From Candidatus Falkowbacteria bacterium (GTDB lineage Bacteria; Patescibacteriota; Patescibacteriia; Patescibacteriales; UBA12075), in NCBI GenBank assembly GCA_043801965.1, contig JAZDLN010000021.1, forward strand, positions 1 through 59,217: a stretch of 59,217 nucleotides of DNA. The letters are read 5' to 3'. Shown here piece by piece: positions 17,201-26,607 of the stretch; the first letter of the stretch is position 1; every line of letters begins with the position of its first letter. A program made the translations under genes and the position numbers. The notes beneath the pieces are model-generated. The model was not told the DNA's origin, made no database searches, and was given only the letters and a program-made list of their open reading frames with translations.

Positions 17201-17340
17201 TTAAATTTTAATATTTATTCATCGGCCAATAACTCTTTAACATTTGAATCGCTTCGCGCGTCACTGCTCTTTTCTGTAATAAAAAATTAAACTGCTTACG
17301 CCTGTATCACAATATCAAATATCTGATACCTATTCGACCA

Positions 17341-17370
17341 TTGACTTTCCACCCCCCTTTATGCTAAATT
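17341..17370 (+). promoter_or_regulatory. Promoter of M16C paralog A
   Basis: TTGACT at 17341-17346, an 18-nt spacer, and TGcTAAATT at 17362-17370. Confidence 0.5.
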
Positions 17371-17488
17371 TATCTAAAGTTATGAATTTTTGACCTTTGA
17401 CAATAAACATAATTACACTAAAAGAAAGGCTAAATTTTTAATCGGCATTATGGCTAAATCGGCAGCTAAAACAAAAGGAGAAAAAAAC
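17341..17488 (+). repeat. Conserved promoter/5' leader, copy A (pairs with 20560-20708)
   Basis: By eye about nine in ten positions match copy B, including a 45/45 identical block at 17363-17407. Similarity stops abruptly at the ATG. Confidence 0.8.
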
Positions 17489-20418
17489 ATGGCAGACGAT
17501 CATGATTTTAAAACCGGCCAAACTGTTCACGGTTTTCTGGTCAAAGAAGTCCGTCCGATACCGGGCCTTGAAACCACCGCCATCGTTCTCACACACGCCG
17601 CTACCGGGGCCAGATACCTTCATCTGGCCAATAAAGATTCGGAGAACGCTTTCGGGATCGGCTTTAAAACCATTCCCCAGGATTCTACCGGCGTGGCTCA
17701 TATCCTGGAGCACACCGTGCTTACCGGCTCAAAAAAATATCCGGTCCGGGATCCGTTCTTTTCGATGGTTAAGCGCAGTCTCAAATCTTTCATGAACGCT
17801 TTTACGGCCAACGACTGGACTTTTTACCCCTTTGCCACGCCCAACCAAAAAGACTACTATAACCTGATGAGTGTTTACCTGGACGCGGTCTTTTTTCCGA
17901 CGATTACCCGTCTTAATTTCATGCAGGAAGGGCATCGTCTGGAAATTGACGCGAACGGACGGATTACCCGCCAGGGAGTTGTTTACGGCGAAATGAAAGG
18001 CGCCATGTCGACCCCCAACCACATTGAGGCGGAGGCGATCAACCAGGCGCTATTCACCGGCAATTACCGTTTTAACTCCGGCGGCGACCCGGCCGTAATA
18101 CCCACCCTTACTCATGACGCGCTGGTCGCTTTCCATAAGCGCTTCTATCACCCGAGTAATTCCTTCATATTTTCCTACGGCAATCTGCCTTTAACCGAAA
18201 ACCTACGATTCGTAGATGGTATTTTCGAAGGTTTCGAGGCGATTGATCCGAAAACAACCGTTGCGCCCGAACCAAAACGGTCAGCGCCGATTTATGTCCA
18301 CCGGACTTATGCCGCTCCCGCCGACGAGGATCTGACGAAAAAATTCCAGGCGATCATGACCTGGATCACAGCTCCAGTGGAAGACGCCTACGAGATCATG
18401 GTCTTAAAGCTCTTAACGATAATCCTTTTGGGTAACGCCGCCTCTCCTTTAAAAAAAGCCCTGATAGACTCCGGGTTGGGGAGCGCCCTAACCCATGTTA
18501 TCGGCCTTGAAGACGGCGAATACCGGGAAGCGGTTTTTTCCTGCGGCCTTAAGGACATAAAAGAAGCGGACGCGCGCGCGGTGGAAAAAGTCATCCTGGA
18601 TACCCTTGGCGCTTTAGCAACCGAAGGTATCGACCCCGAACTCGTGGAATCCGCCATCCACCGGATGGAACTCAAACAAAAAGAGCTTAAAGATCATGGC
18701 TGGCCGCGCGGTCTGACCCTGGCGCTTAAACTGGCTGAAAGCTGGTTCCATGGCGAGAACCCCCTGGGACCGCTGGAATTTAACGTTCACATAGACCGGA
18801 TCAGGCAGGAGGTAAAAACCGGACTTCTCACCGACCGAATAAAAAAATATTTCCTTCTGAACAACAACCGGGCGCTCATTACGCTTGTTCCCGATCCGAA
18901 TAAACAGAGAAACGAGGAGGCGCGCCGGCAAAAAGAACTGGCGGAACTCGAAGAAAAATTAACCATAGCGGACAGAAAAGCTATCCGGCGCGACGCGCAA
19001 GCGCTAAAGGACCTGCAGGAAAGAACGGTAGACTTAAGCTGCCTGCCGACCCTGGAGCTAAGCGATATTCCGCCGGAAATAAAAACCATAAAGGACATGC
19101 CGCTTAAAAAAAATCCGCGCCTGACCGCCTACGAACAGCCGACTAACGGCATTCTTTATTTCATATCATATTTTGATGCCGCCGCCTTGCCGGAGAATCT
19201 GATTCCTTATGTTCCGATCTTCTCCTGGGCCCTGCCGAAAATAGGCACCAAAACGAAAAACTATGAAAAAATCGTCCGCCAGATAAGCCTAAAAACCGGC
19301 GGCGTTGGCCTGGGAGCGACCGCTCACTCTACCGCCAACGGAGCGGACGAATGCCTGCCTCTTTTAGAGCTGGGGACCAAGTGCCTGGAGAGAAATATTG
19401 AGGCGACCTTCGGAATTATCCATGAGCTTATCCATGAATTCAGCTTCTCCGACCTGAAAAGACTTAAAGTTATTCTTGAAGAAATGAGAACTGCTTACGA
19501 ATCCAGTATCCAGCAAAACGGCCACGCTTACGCGCGTTCACTGGCTTCCCGGGGACTCTCACCCGCGACCCACCTGAACGAAGAATGGGGAGGGATACAT
19601 CTTCTCCTGACCGTGAAAAAACTGCTCGCCGGCGGCGAAGAAAGTTTGAAAAAATTAGCTGTTGATCTGGAAAAAATCGGGCATATCCTGTTTACCGGAA
19701 AAAACTGCCAGATCGCCCTGATCGCGACTAAGCCGCTTTTGAATAAAGCGGCAGCCGCGGCCGGACAACTGCTTGATTCTTTGCCGACCTTAACGAACCC
19801 CCGCTCCGATCACGGAATTTCAGATCGAGCTATAAAAATGACGGTTGGAGCACGACCGGTGACGCATCTTATGTCGCCCGAACATGCAAAACCGCCACCT
19901 ACAAAGACAAGGATGCCCCCGTCTTAGAGGTTATTTCCAAGCTTATCGGACGAAATTTCGTGCATCGCGAGGTTCGTGAAAAAGGCGGCGCCTACGGCGG
20001 CTATGCCACTTATTTCTCCCTATCCGGTATCTTCGGACTATCGTCTTATCGCGACCCTCACATAATAAACACACTGAAAACATTCGACCGGACCTTGCCG
20101 TGGCTTCTCGGCGGCGACTTTACCGATGAGGATATCAAAGAAGCGATCCTTCAGGTCTGCGCCGATATCGGAAAACCGTTACCGCCCGACAATACCGCGG
20201 CCAAACAATTCCTCCGCAAAATAATCGGACTTTCCGATCGCGACCGCCGGCTCTTCAAATCCAGGCTTCTTAAGGTTAACCGCCAAAAAATAATGCGGGC
20301 GGCCAAAAAATTGGCCGCGGACATGGCCAAAAGTTCAGTGGCCGTGATCTCGTATGACGGCAAGTTAAAATCAACCAATGAAAAAATGGATAATCCTCTG
20401 GATATCCGCAAAATTTAA
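17489..20418 (+). pseudogene. M16C (PreP/insulinase-like) metallopeptidase paralog A, frame-broken near a C5 tract
   Basis: HILEH (HxxEH) motif and colinear homology to paralog B. Homology moves from the frame of ORF 17390-19927 to the frame of ORF 19960-20418 around 19798-19813 (NFRS..GWST..KDAP..EKGGAYGG continues in the other frame). One extra C in CCCCC at 19798-19802 would restore a single ORF. Confidence 0.75.
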
Positions 20419-20485
20419 CCGAGGAGAGTGATGTTAAAAATAATCACCTTTAAAAACATGAAATAAAATTAACGCATTTACGTAG

Positions 20486-20512
20486 CCCGGAGAAATATCC
20501 TCCGGGTTTTTT
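20486..20512 (+). terminator. Intrinsic terminator after paralog A
   Basis: CCCGGAG-N7-CTCCGGG hairpin followed by TTTTTT. Confidence 0.75.
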
Positions 20513-20559
20513 ATTTATAAAAAATTTAAATTTTATTCTTCCCACACCCTAAGATTCCC

Positions 20560-20589
20560 TTGACTTTTCCCCCCGCTTTGTGCTAAATT
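20560..20589 (+). promoter_or_regulatory. Promoter of M16C paralog B
   Basis: TTGACT at 20560-20565, an 18-nt spacer, and TGcTAAATT at 20581-20589. Confidence 0.5.
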
Positions 20590-20708
20590 TATCTAAAGTT
20601 ATGAATTTTTGACCTTTGACAATAAATCAATTACAATAAAGAAAGGCTAAGTTTTTAATCGGTTTTATGGCTAAATCGGCAACCAAAACCAAGCGAGGAG
20701 AAAAAACA
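20560..20708 (+). repeat. Conserved promoter/5' leader, copy B
   Basis: See copy A. The identical 45-nt block is at 20582-20626. Confidence 0.8.
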
Positions 20709-23645
20709 ATGAAGGATAAAAACAATTCGGAGCTTAGAGAGGGCGCGGAATTATTCGGCTACCGGGTAAAACGCGCCGCCGCCCTGCCCGATATCGCTTC
20801 CGTATTTTACGAACTAGAGCACGTGGCCACGGGCGCGCAACATATCCACATAAGCAACCAGGATAAAGAAAACGCTTTCAGCGTCCTATTTAAAACCGTG
20901 CCCGGCGACTCTACCGGCGTGGCGCATATCCTTGAACACACCGCTCTTTGCGGTTCGGAATCATATCCGGTCCGCGACCCGTTTTTTTCGATGATGAAGC
21001 GCAGTTTAAGCACTTTCATGAATGCCTTTACCGCTTCCGATTGGACGAGCTATCCCTTTGCCACTCAAAACACGAAAGACTTTTATAATCTCCTCGGCGT
21101 TTATCTTGACGCGGCTTTCTTCCCCCGTCTGGAAGAATTGAACTTCCGGCAGGAGGGCTGGCGCTACGAAATCGAGAAAAATCCGGACACCGGCGCTGAA
21201 GAGCTTGTTTACAAAGGCATAGTCTATAACGAAATGAAAGGCGCTATGTCGTCTCCCTTAAACGTTATGTACCGCTCACTGATGAATGCCCTTTATCCGG
21301 ATACGACCTACGGACACAATTCCGGCGGCGACCCCGAAGATATCCCGTCTTTGACGTATGAACAGTTTAAAGAATTCCACCGCCGCCATTACCACCCCTC
21401 GAACGCTTTCTTCTTTACTTACGGCAACCTGCCCTTGTCCAGCCACCTGAAGGTCATCAGCGAAAAGGTAATGGGCCGTTTCACGAAAATAGACACGCAT
21501 ACCGAAGTGCCTAACCAACCACGCTGGAACCAGCCGAAAAAAACGACTTACCGCTACCCCACGAACGAAAACCCGGAAAAAAAGAACCAGGCGTGCGTAG
21601 CCTGGCTGACGGCCGACATAAAGGACGTTTTTGAGGTTTTAACGCTCAAAGTCCTGGAGCAGATCCTCCTCGGCAATGACGCGGCCCCTCTGCGCCGCGC
21701 CCTGATCGAGTCGAATTTAGGCTCGACCCTGTCCGACGCTTCCGGCTATAACTGCGAAAACCGCGACACTATGTTCGCCGCCGGCCTGAAAGATGTTAAC
21801 GCGGCGACGGCGCCGGAAATCGAAAAATTAATCTTTTCAACATTGGAAAATCTGGCGACTAACGGCATCGACCCGGAACTGATTGAATCGGCGATCCACC
21901 AGATAGAATTCCAGGCCAAGGAGATAGTCAACGAACCCTATCCCTACGGTCTGAAATTATTCCTGGATTCGGCCGGATGTTGGATTCATGGCGGCGACCC
22001 GCTCCATGCCCTAAACGTAAAAACCGCTTTTGAACAATTGCGCGGCCTTATCGGTCGTGGCGCCTATCTGGAAAAGAAGATCAGGGAATACTTCGTGGAT
22101 AACCGCCATCGCGTGCTGTTTACGCTCAAAGCGGATACGGCCATGCAGGCCGAGTTAGAACAAAAAGAAAAAACACGCTTAGCCGCGATCAAGGCTGAGT
22201 TGGATTCCGCGGAAATAAAAAAAATCAAGGCTATCGCCGCGGCACTCGAAAAATTGCAGGAATCAAAAGAAAACCTGGACGTATTACCGACCCTGGAGCG
22301 AGCGGATATACCGCCGACCGTTATCAGCGTAAAAGCAGCCATCAAAAACGGGCGCATCAGCCTGTACAGACAACCCACCGCCGGCATTGAATATTTTACC
22401 GCTGCCGCGGGTCTAAGCGGGTTGCCGGAAAAGCTCCTGCCCTTGGTGCCGTTTTTCTGCTTCGCTTATCCTTTAATGGGGACAAAGCGGCGGGATTACG
22501 CGGCCTTGATGCGCGATATCGACCGTTATACCGGCGATATCAGCCTGAGTCCGCACGTCCATACTAAATACGGCGGCACCAGAACGACTCTGCCTTTTAT
22601 TTCTTTTTCCGGCAAATGTTTAAGCCGCAACAGAGAAAAAATGCTCGCCTTGATCGAAGAATTGACTCACGAAACGAGTTTTAACAACCTTAATCATCTG
22701 GCTAACACGCTTAACAGATTCAAAGCCTCAGAGGAGTCGCGGATCGTCCAAAACGGCCATCGCCTGGCAATGTCTTTAGCTTCCAGAAATTTTTCTAAAA
22801 CTAATTTCCTGAAAGAATCGTGGGACGGAATTCATCAGTTCGAATTCCTGAAGGGCTTGTCTCAGGACCTGAGCCATGAAAAGCTCCAAACCTTGGCCGG
22901 CGACCTGGAATTAATCAAAAATACCGTTTTAAAACCGGCTAGCCTGAAAATGGCTTTCGTGAGCGAAAACCCGGACAAACGGCTGCTTAGCTTCCTGATC
23001 GGCAAAGAAATGGACAAGGTCGATAATTTCCGGTCCCCCAAGATAACGTTAACCGATGAGGTTATCCGTGAAGGCTGGTCAACCGCCACCGCCGTATCGT
23101 TCGTGGCCCAAACCTTCAAGACCGTCAAATACGGCCACAAAGACGCTCCGGCGCTCGCGGTCATCGCCGAACTTATGCGCAACGAATATCTGCACCGGGA
23201 GCTCAGGGAAAAAGGCGGCGCTTACGGCGGATTTGCCAATTACAATCCCGAAAACGGGATATTCGCCTATGCTTCGTACCGGGATCCGCACATCATCAAC
23301 ACCCTTAATGTTTACGAGCAGGCGGATAAATATATCAGGTCCGGAAACTACACCGACGAAAACGTCAAAGAAGCGATCCTTATGGTCTGTGCCGAATTAG
23401 ATAAACCGGATCCTCCGGGACCGGCTTCGGAGCTCGCTTTTTACCGGGAACTTATCCAGGCTACCGACGATATGCGCCAGGCTTTCAAAGCCGGCCTGAT
23501 CCGGCTGCGGCGCGACGATATTATGAGAACGGCCAAAAAATATTTTAACGCACCCGACAAAACCACCGCCGTAATTTCGAACATAGACAAACTGAACGAA
23601 GCCAACAAAAGGCTAAAAAATCCGCTTACGCTCCATAAAATTTAA
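20709..23645 (+). CDS. M16C (PreP/insulinase-like) metallopeptidase paralog B, intact
   Basis: About 978 aa from ATG 20709, with GAGGAG upstream. HILEH zinc motif, conserved VRDPFFSMMKRSL..FMNAFT, and C-terminal REKGGAYGG. Confidence 0.85.
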   Translation: MKDKNNSELREGAELFGYRVKRAAALPDIASVFYELEHVATGAQHIHISNQDKENAFSVLFKTVPGDSTGVAHILEHTALCGSESYPVRDPFFSMMKRSLSTFMNAFTASDWTSYPFATQNTKDFYNLLGVYLDAAFFPRLEELNFRQEGWRYEIEKNPDTGAEELVYKGIVYNEMKGAMSSPLNVMYRSLMNALYPDTTYGHNSGGDPEDIPSLTYEQFKEFHRRHYHPSNAFFFTYGNLPLSSHLKVISEKVMGRFTKIDTHTEVPNQPRWNQPKKTTYRYPTNENPEKKNQACVAWLTADIKDVFEVLTLKVLEQILLGNDAAPLRRALIESNLGSTLSDASGYNCENRDTMFAAGLKDVNAATAPEIEKLIFSTLENLATNGIDPELIESAIHQIEFQAKEIVNEPYPYGLKLFLDSAGCWIHGGDPLHALNVKTAFEQLRGLIGRGAYLEKKIREYFVDNRHRVLFTLKADTAMQAELEQKEKTRLAAIKAELDSAEIKKIKAIAAALEKLQESKENLDVLPTLERADIPPTVISVKAAIKNGRISLYRQPTAGIEYFTAAAGLSGLPEKLLPLVPFFCFAYPLMGTKRRDYAALMRDIDRYTGDISLSPHVHTKYGGTRTTLPFISFSGKCLSRNREKMLALIEELTHETSFNNLNHLANTLNRFKASEESRIVQNGHRLAMSLASRNFSKTNFLKESWDGIHQFEFLKGLSQDLSHEKLQTLAGDLELIKNTVLKPASLKMAFVSENPDKRLLSFLIGKEMDKVDNFRSPKITLTDEVIREGWSTATAVSFVAQTFKTVKYGHKDAPALAVIAELMRNEYLHRELREKGGAYGGFANYNPENGIFAYASYRDPHIINTLNVYEQADKYIRSGNYTDENVKEAILMVCAELDKPDPPGPASELAFYRELIQATDDMRQAFKAGLIRLRRDDIMRTAKKYFNAPDKTTAVISNIDKLNEANKRLKNPLTLHKI

Positions 23646-23659
23646 CGGAGGAAGGTACG

Positions 23660-24079
23660 ATGAAAAAACTTTTGTTGTCTATTGCCTGTCTGGCGATGTT
23701 ATTTTCCCTGTCCGCCCCGATCCGGGCGCGGGCCGATATCGCGGACGATAAAGAAATCGAGGAAATACAGGCCGAGCTGGACGCGTATGAGAAAAAACTG
23801 AAAACGCTTGAAGATTTCTCCGCAAAACTCCAACCATCATCTGAAGAAGAAACGTTAACATCTCTGAATTTCGATTCAGCATTGCTTTCCCTGCGCTTCC
23901 GAATACTGCTCGCGCAAGGCGTGCTTAAAAACGATACCGAGGATTCGTTCGTAGCCTTACAGCTTGATTACAACCGGCATATCAACATGACTCCCGTGCA
24001 GTTTTGCCGGATAATTATCCCGGAAATAGAATATGCGTTCAATACGCTCGAAAAGCTGAAAAAACAACTGACACATTAA
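23660..24079 (+). CDS. Hypothetical secreted protein
   Basis: 139 aa with GGAGGAAGG upstream and a signal peptide (LLLSIACLAMLFSLSAPIRA). No family recognised. Confidence 0.6.
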   Translation: MKKLLLSIACLAMLFSLSAPIRARADIADDKEIEEIQAELDAYEKKLKTLEDFSAKLQPSSEEETLTSLNFDSALLSLRFRILLAQGVLKNDTEDSFVALQLDYNRHINMTPVQFCRIIIPEIEYAFNTLEKLKKQLTH

Positions 24080-24089
24080 ACTACTTTAA

Positions 24090-24116
24090 CCTGAAGCCAT
24101 GGCTTCAGGTTTTTTA
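24090..24116 (+). terminator. Intrinsic terminator
   Basis: CCTGAAGCC-at-GGCTTCAGG hairpin followed by TTTTTT. Confidence 0.8.
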
Positions 24117-24138
24117 TTGATGTTTAACCGCCCGCGCC

Positions 24139-24270
24139 GCCCCGGAGTAAACCCCTGGGCTAAATTTAAAAGCACCCTAAAGGGCGCTAAATAATTAAAA
24201 CGTTTTTAACGATAGCCCGCTTCAGCGGGCTTAAAAAATGCTTAAGTAGCCCAGGGGTTTACTCCGGGGC
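24139..24270 (-). other. 132-nt cloverleaf-like structured element closed by a perfect 24-bp inverted repeat
   Basis: GCCCCGGAGTAAACCCCTGGGCTA (24139-24162) is the exact reverse complement of 24247-24270. The interior holds three hairpins. One of them has an A-C mismatch on the plus strand that becomes a G-U pair on the minus strand. Confidence 0.5.
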
Positions 24271-24334
24271 GTCAAGGCGGATACGCGTCATCTTGAGTGG
24301 GGGTAAAAACAGGGTAAAGTCTTACGCGGATGAA

Positions 24335-25912
24335 TCAGACTACACTTTTCCTGAATCTCACTATCAAAATAATAATCGTTAAAAAATACAAAATCGCCCA
24401 ACCGGACCACAGGTATTCGATAAAAACATAGCTATAAGGAATTTCGGACAATAAACGGGACAGACCGATCAGATATTTAAAGATCAGGCCAGCTGGCAAA
24501 AAAAATAAAGGCGCGAGATTGGAAAAAATAAAACTCAAAATCCAGCCTACCATGACCGAAGCCATAAGCGGCGGAAAGACCCAAAGCGCCAATAAGTTGG
24601 CCAGGGGCGAGATCAGGGATAAAACTCCGAAATTATAAACTATGATCGGCAGGGTAAAAACCTGCGCCGCCAGAGTCAGATTAAAAACGGAGCGCAGTCC
24701 CTTAAGTTTCGGAATTTTTATCCTATCCGACCAGTCTTCTAGGGTAGGATAAGCCTGAACCATCCCCAAAACCGCCAAAAATGACAGCTGAAAGCCGATA
24801 TCATCCCGGAGAAGGCGGGGGTTTATAAGAAGCATGATCGCCGCCGCCAGAACCAGGGAATTGATCGATTTATTGAGACGGCCCAGATTAAGCGCCCAAA
24901 GCACGAGAAAACCCATTATCCCTGATCGTAGCGCCGAGGCCGGACAGCCGACCAGAATAATATAGGCGCCCAAAAATAGGACGGCGCCGTAAAAAGCGCG
25001 CGACCGCGTAAAGCCCAGACCCAGTAAAAGGCCCATAGCCATAGCGGAAAGAATACTGATATGCGACCCGGAGATAGAAATGATATGGCTTAATCCCACC
25101 TGGGAGAAAACCGCGCGCAAGTCGTCCGGAATACCGCGCATATCGCCGAGCATGATCGCCCGCGTCAGGCCGGCCTCCGGCTCGCCCAGCCCGCTGTCGA
25201 TTTCGGCGCGCAGTTTATCTTTTAACGCGAATATCTTTTTATAAAACCAAGTCCGCGCGCCATACCCCTCCCGGACCTCCGGGGAAAAGGATTTTATATA
25301 AGGGTAATAGCAAACAGAATAAATATCGCGCCGCGCCAGATACCGGTCATAAGCGAAACCCTTGAATTCCTCCGGCGCTTCCAAACCACAGATCATTTCA
25401 ATATAATCACCATAATCATGCCCCGGATACAGATCGGTCGTCACTAAAATCTTGCCGGATACATCGATATAACGCCCCGCCGGGGCGTCTTTACCGGATA
25501 AATCAACATAGCTGACATTAATCTCTAATTTCTGGTTGCCCTGTCTCCTGTCTGGCTCGTTAACGATTATTCCCCGGGCAAGAACCGTCCGCCCGTTATA
25601 ATGCCAGATCTTATCCGGTGAATTATCGGGCAAACTAAGCGCGTATCGCCACAGGCCCAAAAAGAAACACAGACCGAATAATAACAGGATCGTCCAGCCA
25701 CCGCCGTAGAGACGAGGCATTGCCTCGTCTTTACGCGCCACGTCTCTACGATCTAGCAACGACAAAATAACCGCCACTAAACAGCCGGCCGTAAGACTGA
25801 ACCACCACAATTCCAACCGGATAATCTTCTCCGGCAGAAAGGCCGCCAGACCCGTCCCGATAATAAACGCGAGACAGCCAATCAGGAATATTTTAGATTT
25901 TGTCATTTCCAT
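24335..25912 (-). CDS. comEC: ComEC/Rec2 DNA internalisation channel (no C-terminal metallo-beta-lactamase domain)
   Basis: 525 aa, polytopic. N-terminal OB-like soluble insert followed by a competence-domain helix bundle (GLSHIISISGSHISIL). Confidence 0.8.
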   Translation of the reverse strand: MEMTKSKIFLIGCLAFIIGTGLAAFLPEKIIRLELWWFSLTAGCLVAVILSLLDRRDVARKDEAMPRLYGGGWTILLLFGLCFFLGLWRYALSLPDNSPDKIWHYNGRTVLARGIIVNEPDRRQGNQKLEINVSYVDLSGKDAPAGRYIDVSGKILVTTDLYPGHDYGDYIEMICGLEAPEEFKGFAYDRYLARRDIYSVCYYPYIKSFSPEVREGYGARTWFYKKIFALKDKLRAEIDSGLGEPEAGLTRAIMLGDMRGIPDDLRAVFSQVGLSHIISISGSHISILSAMAMGLLLGLGFTRSRAFYGAVLFLGAYIILVGCPASALRSGIMGFLVLWALNLGRLNKSINSLVLAAAIMLLINPRLLRDDIGFQLSFLAVLGMVQAYPTLEDWSDRIKIPKLKGLRSVFNLTLAAQVFTLPIIVYNFGVLSLISPLANLLALWVFPPLMASVMVGWILSFIFSNLAPLFFLPAGLIFKYLIGLSRLLSEIPYSYVFIEYLWSGWAILYFLTIIILIVRFRKSVV

Positions 25913-26000
25913 ATTAGTATTATAGCAAAACCGGGATGAAATTTTTATAAAATAAATATAAAGAAAAGATAAAAATATATACCTGCCGGCAGACAGGCAG

Positions 26001-26030
26001 AAAAAATAAAAAAGGGTTGTTTTAACCCTT
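26001..26030 (-). terminator. Intrinsic terminator ending the prfB-to-26053 gene string
   Basis: On the minus strand, AAGGGTT-aaaac-AACCCTT followed by a long U-run. Confidence 0.75.
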
Positions 26031-26052
26031 TTATCTATTTAAAAAATTATTT

Positions 26053-26286
26053 TTAGAATCCGATGGCGGGCTCCGCGTCTACCTGCTCCCCGTCCTCGGA
26101 CCACCTTCTTTTCGGCAAAAGGCGCACTTCCAGGCTGGTTTTTTCCCTGATTTCCCTGACAACCGCCTGAAATACGCGTTCCGTGCCGCCGGCCGCGCTA
26201 AGCATTTCCTCATATTCCCGCGATAATACCAGCTGGATTTTTATGGACTGCGTTCCCGGATTTTTCGGCTTTGTCTTTCTGGTCAT
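26053..26286 (-). CDS. Hypothetical small protein (possible ribbon-helix-helix fold)
   Basis: 77 aa with AGAGGA upstream. A basic N-terminus is followed by a beta-strand-like IKIQLVLS and a helix-like REYEEML. The fold call is inference only. Confidence 0.5.
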   Translation of the reverse strand: MTRKTKPKNPGTQSIKIQLVLSREYEEMLSAAGGTERVFQAVVREIREKTSLEVRLLPKRRWSEDGEQVDAEPAIGF

Positions 26287-26331
26287 ACTTTTCCTCTTTT
26301 CTTCCGTCGGTTTAATCCGCTATTTTAAAAA

Positions 26332-26577
26332 CTATTCCCAGTCCTTCGGCACCTGATATTTAAGGCGGCCAAAACACCGTGGATGGGCCACCGTCTTCTT
26401 TTTCTTGCAGATGTCGCAGATATCTTCATGCACAGTCATAATAGAAGAAAATTTTCTTCCCCGGTTTACCTCAAGCAGAAGCGCGGCCCGGGCGCAATCC
26501 GGGCACACCCAGTCGATCCTGACGTTTAGGCGGTTGGAATCCACGATTTTATATTCCGCGACCTGGTTTTGGGACAT
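26332..26577 (-). CDS. Hypothetical small zinc-ribbon protein
   Basis: CPDC...CDIC Cys pairs. ATG at 26577 is preceded by GGGAGGGG. The listed GTG at 26583 is less likely. Confidence 0.5.
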   Translation of the reverse strand: MSQNQVAEYKIVDSNRLNVRIDWVCPDCARAALLLEVNRGRKFSSIMTVHEDICDICKKKKTVAHPRCFGRLKYQVPKDWE

Positions 26578-26607
26578 AAGCACCCCTCCCTTCTTTTTCC
26601 GAAATAT

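Noticed and set aside
17390-17488. N-terminal extensions of the M16C ORFs (TTG 17390; MAKSA.KTK.. at 17450 and 20667)
   Set aside because: A strong SD (AAAGGAG / GAGGAG) sits just before ATG 17489/20709. Nucleotide identity between the paralogs ends exactly at those ATGs, which indicates that the upstream part is a conserved untranslated leader.
20431-20466. 11-codon ORF (MLKIITFKNMK) with an SD after M16C paralog A
   Set aside because: It is probably a relic of the duplication boundary, since the SD and start context resemble those of the 23660 gene. It is too short and unsupported to call as a gene.
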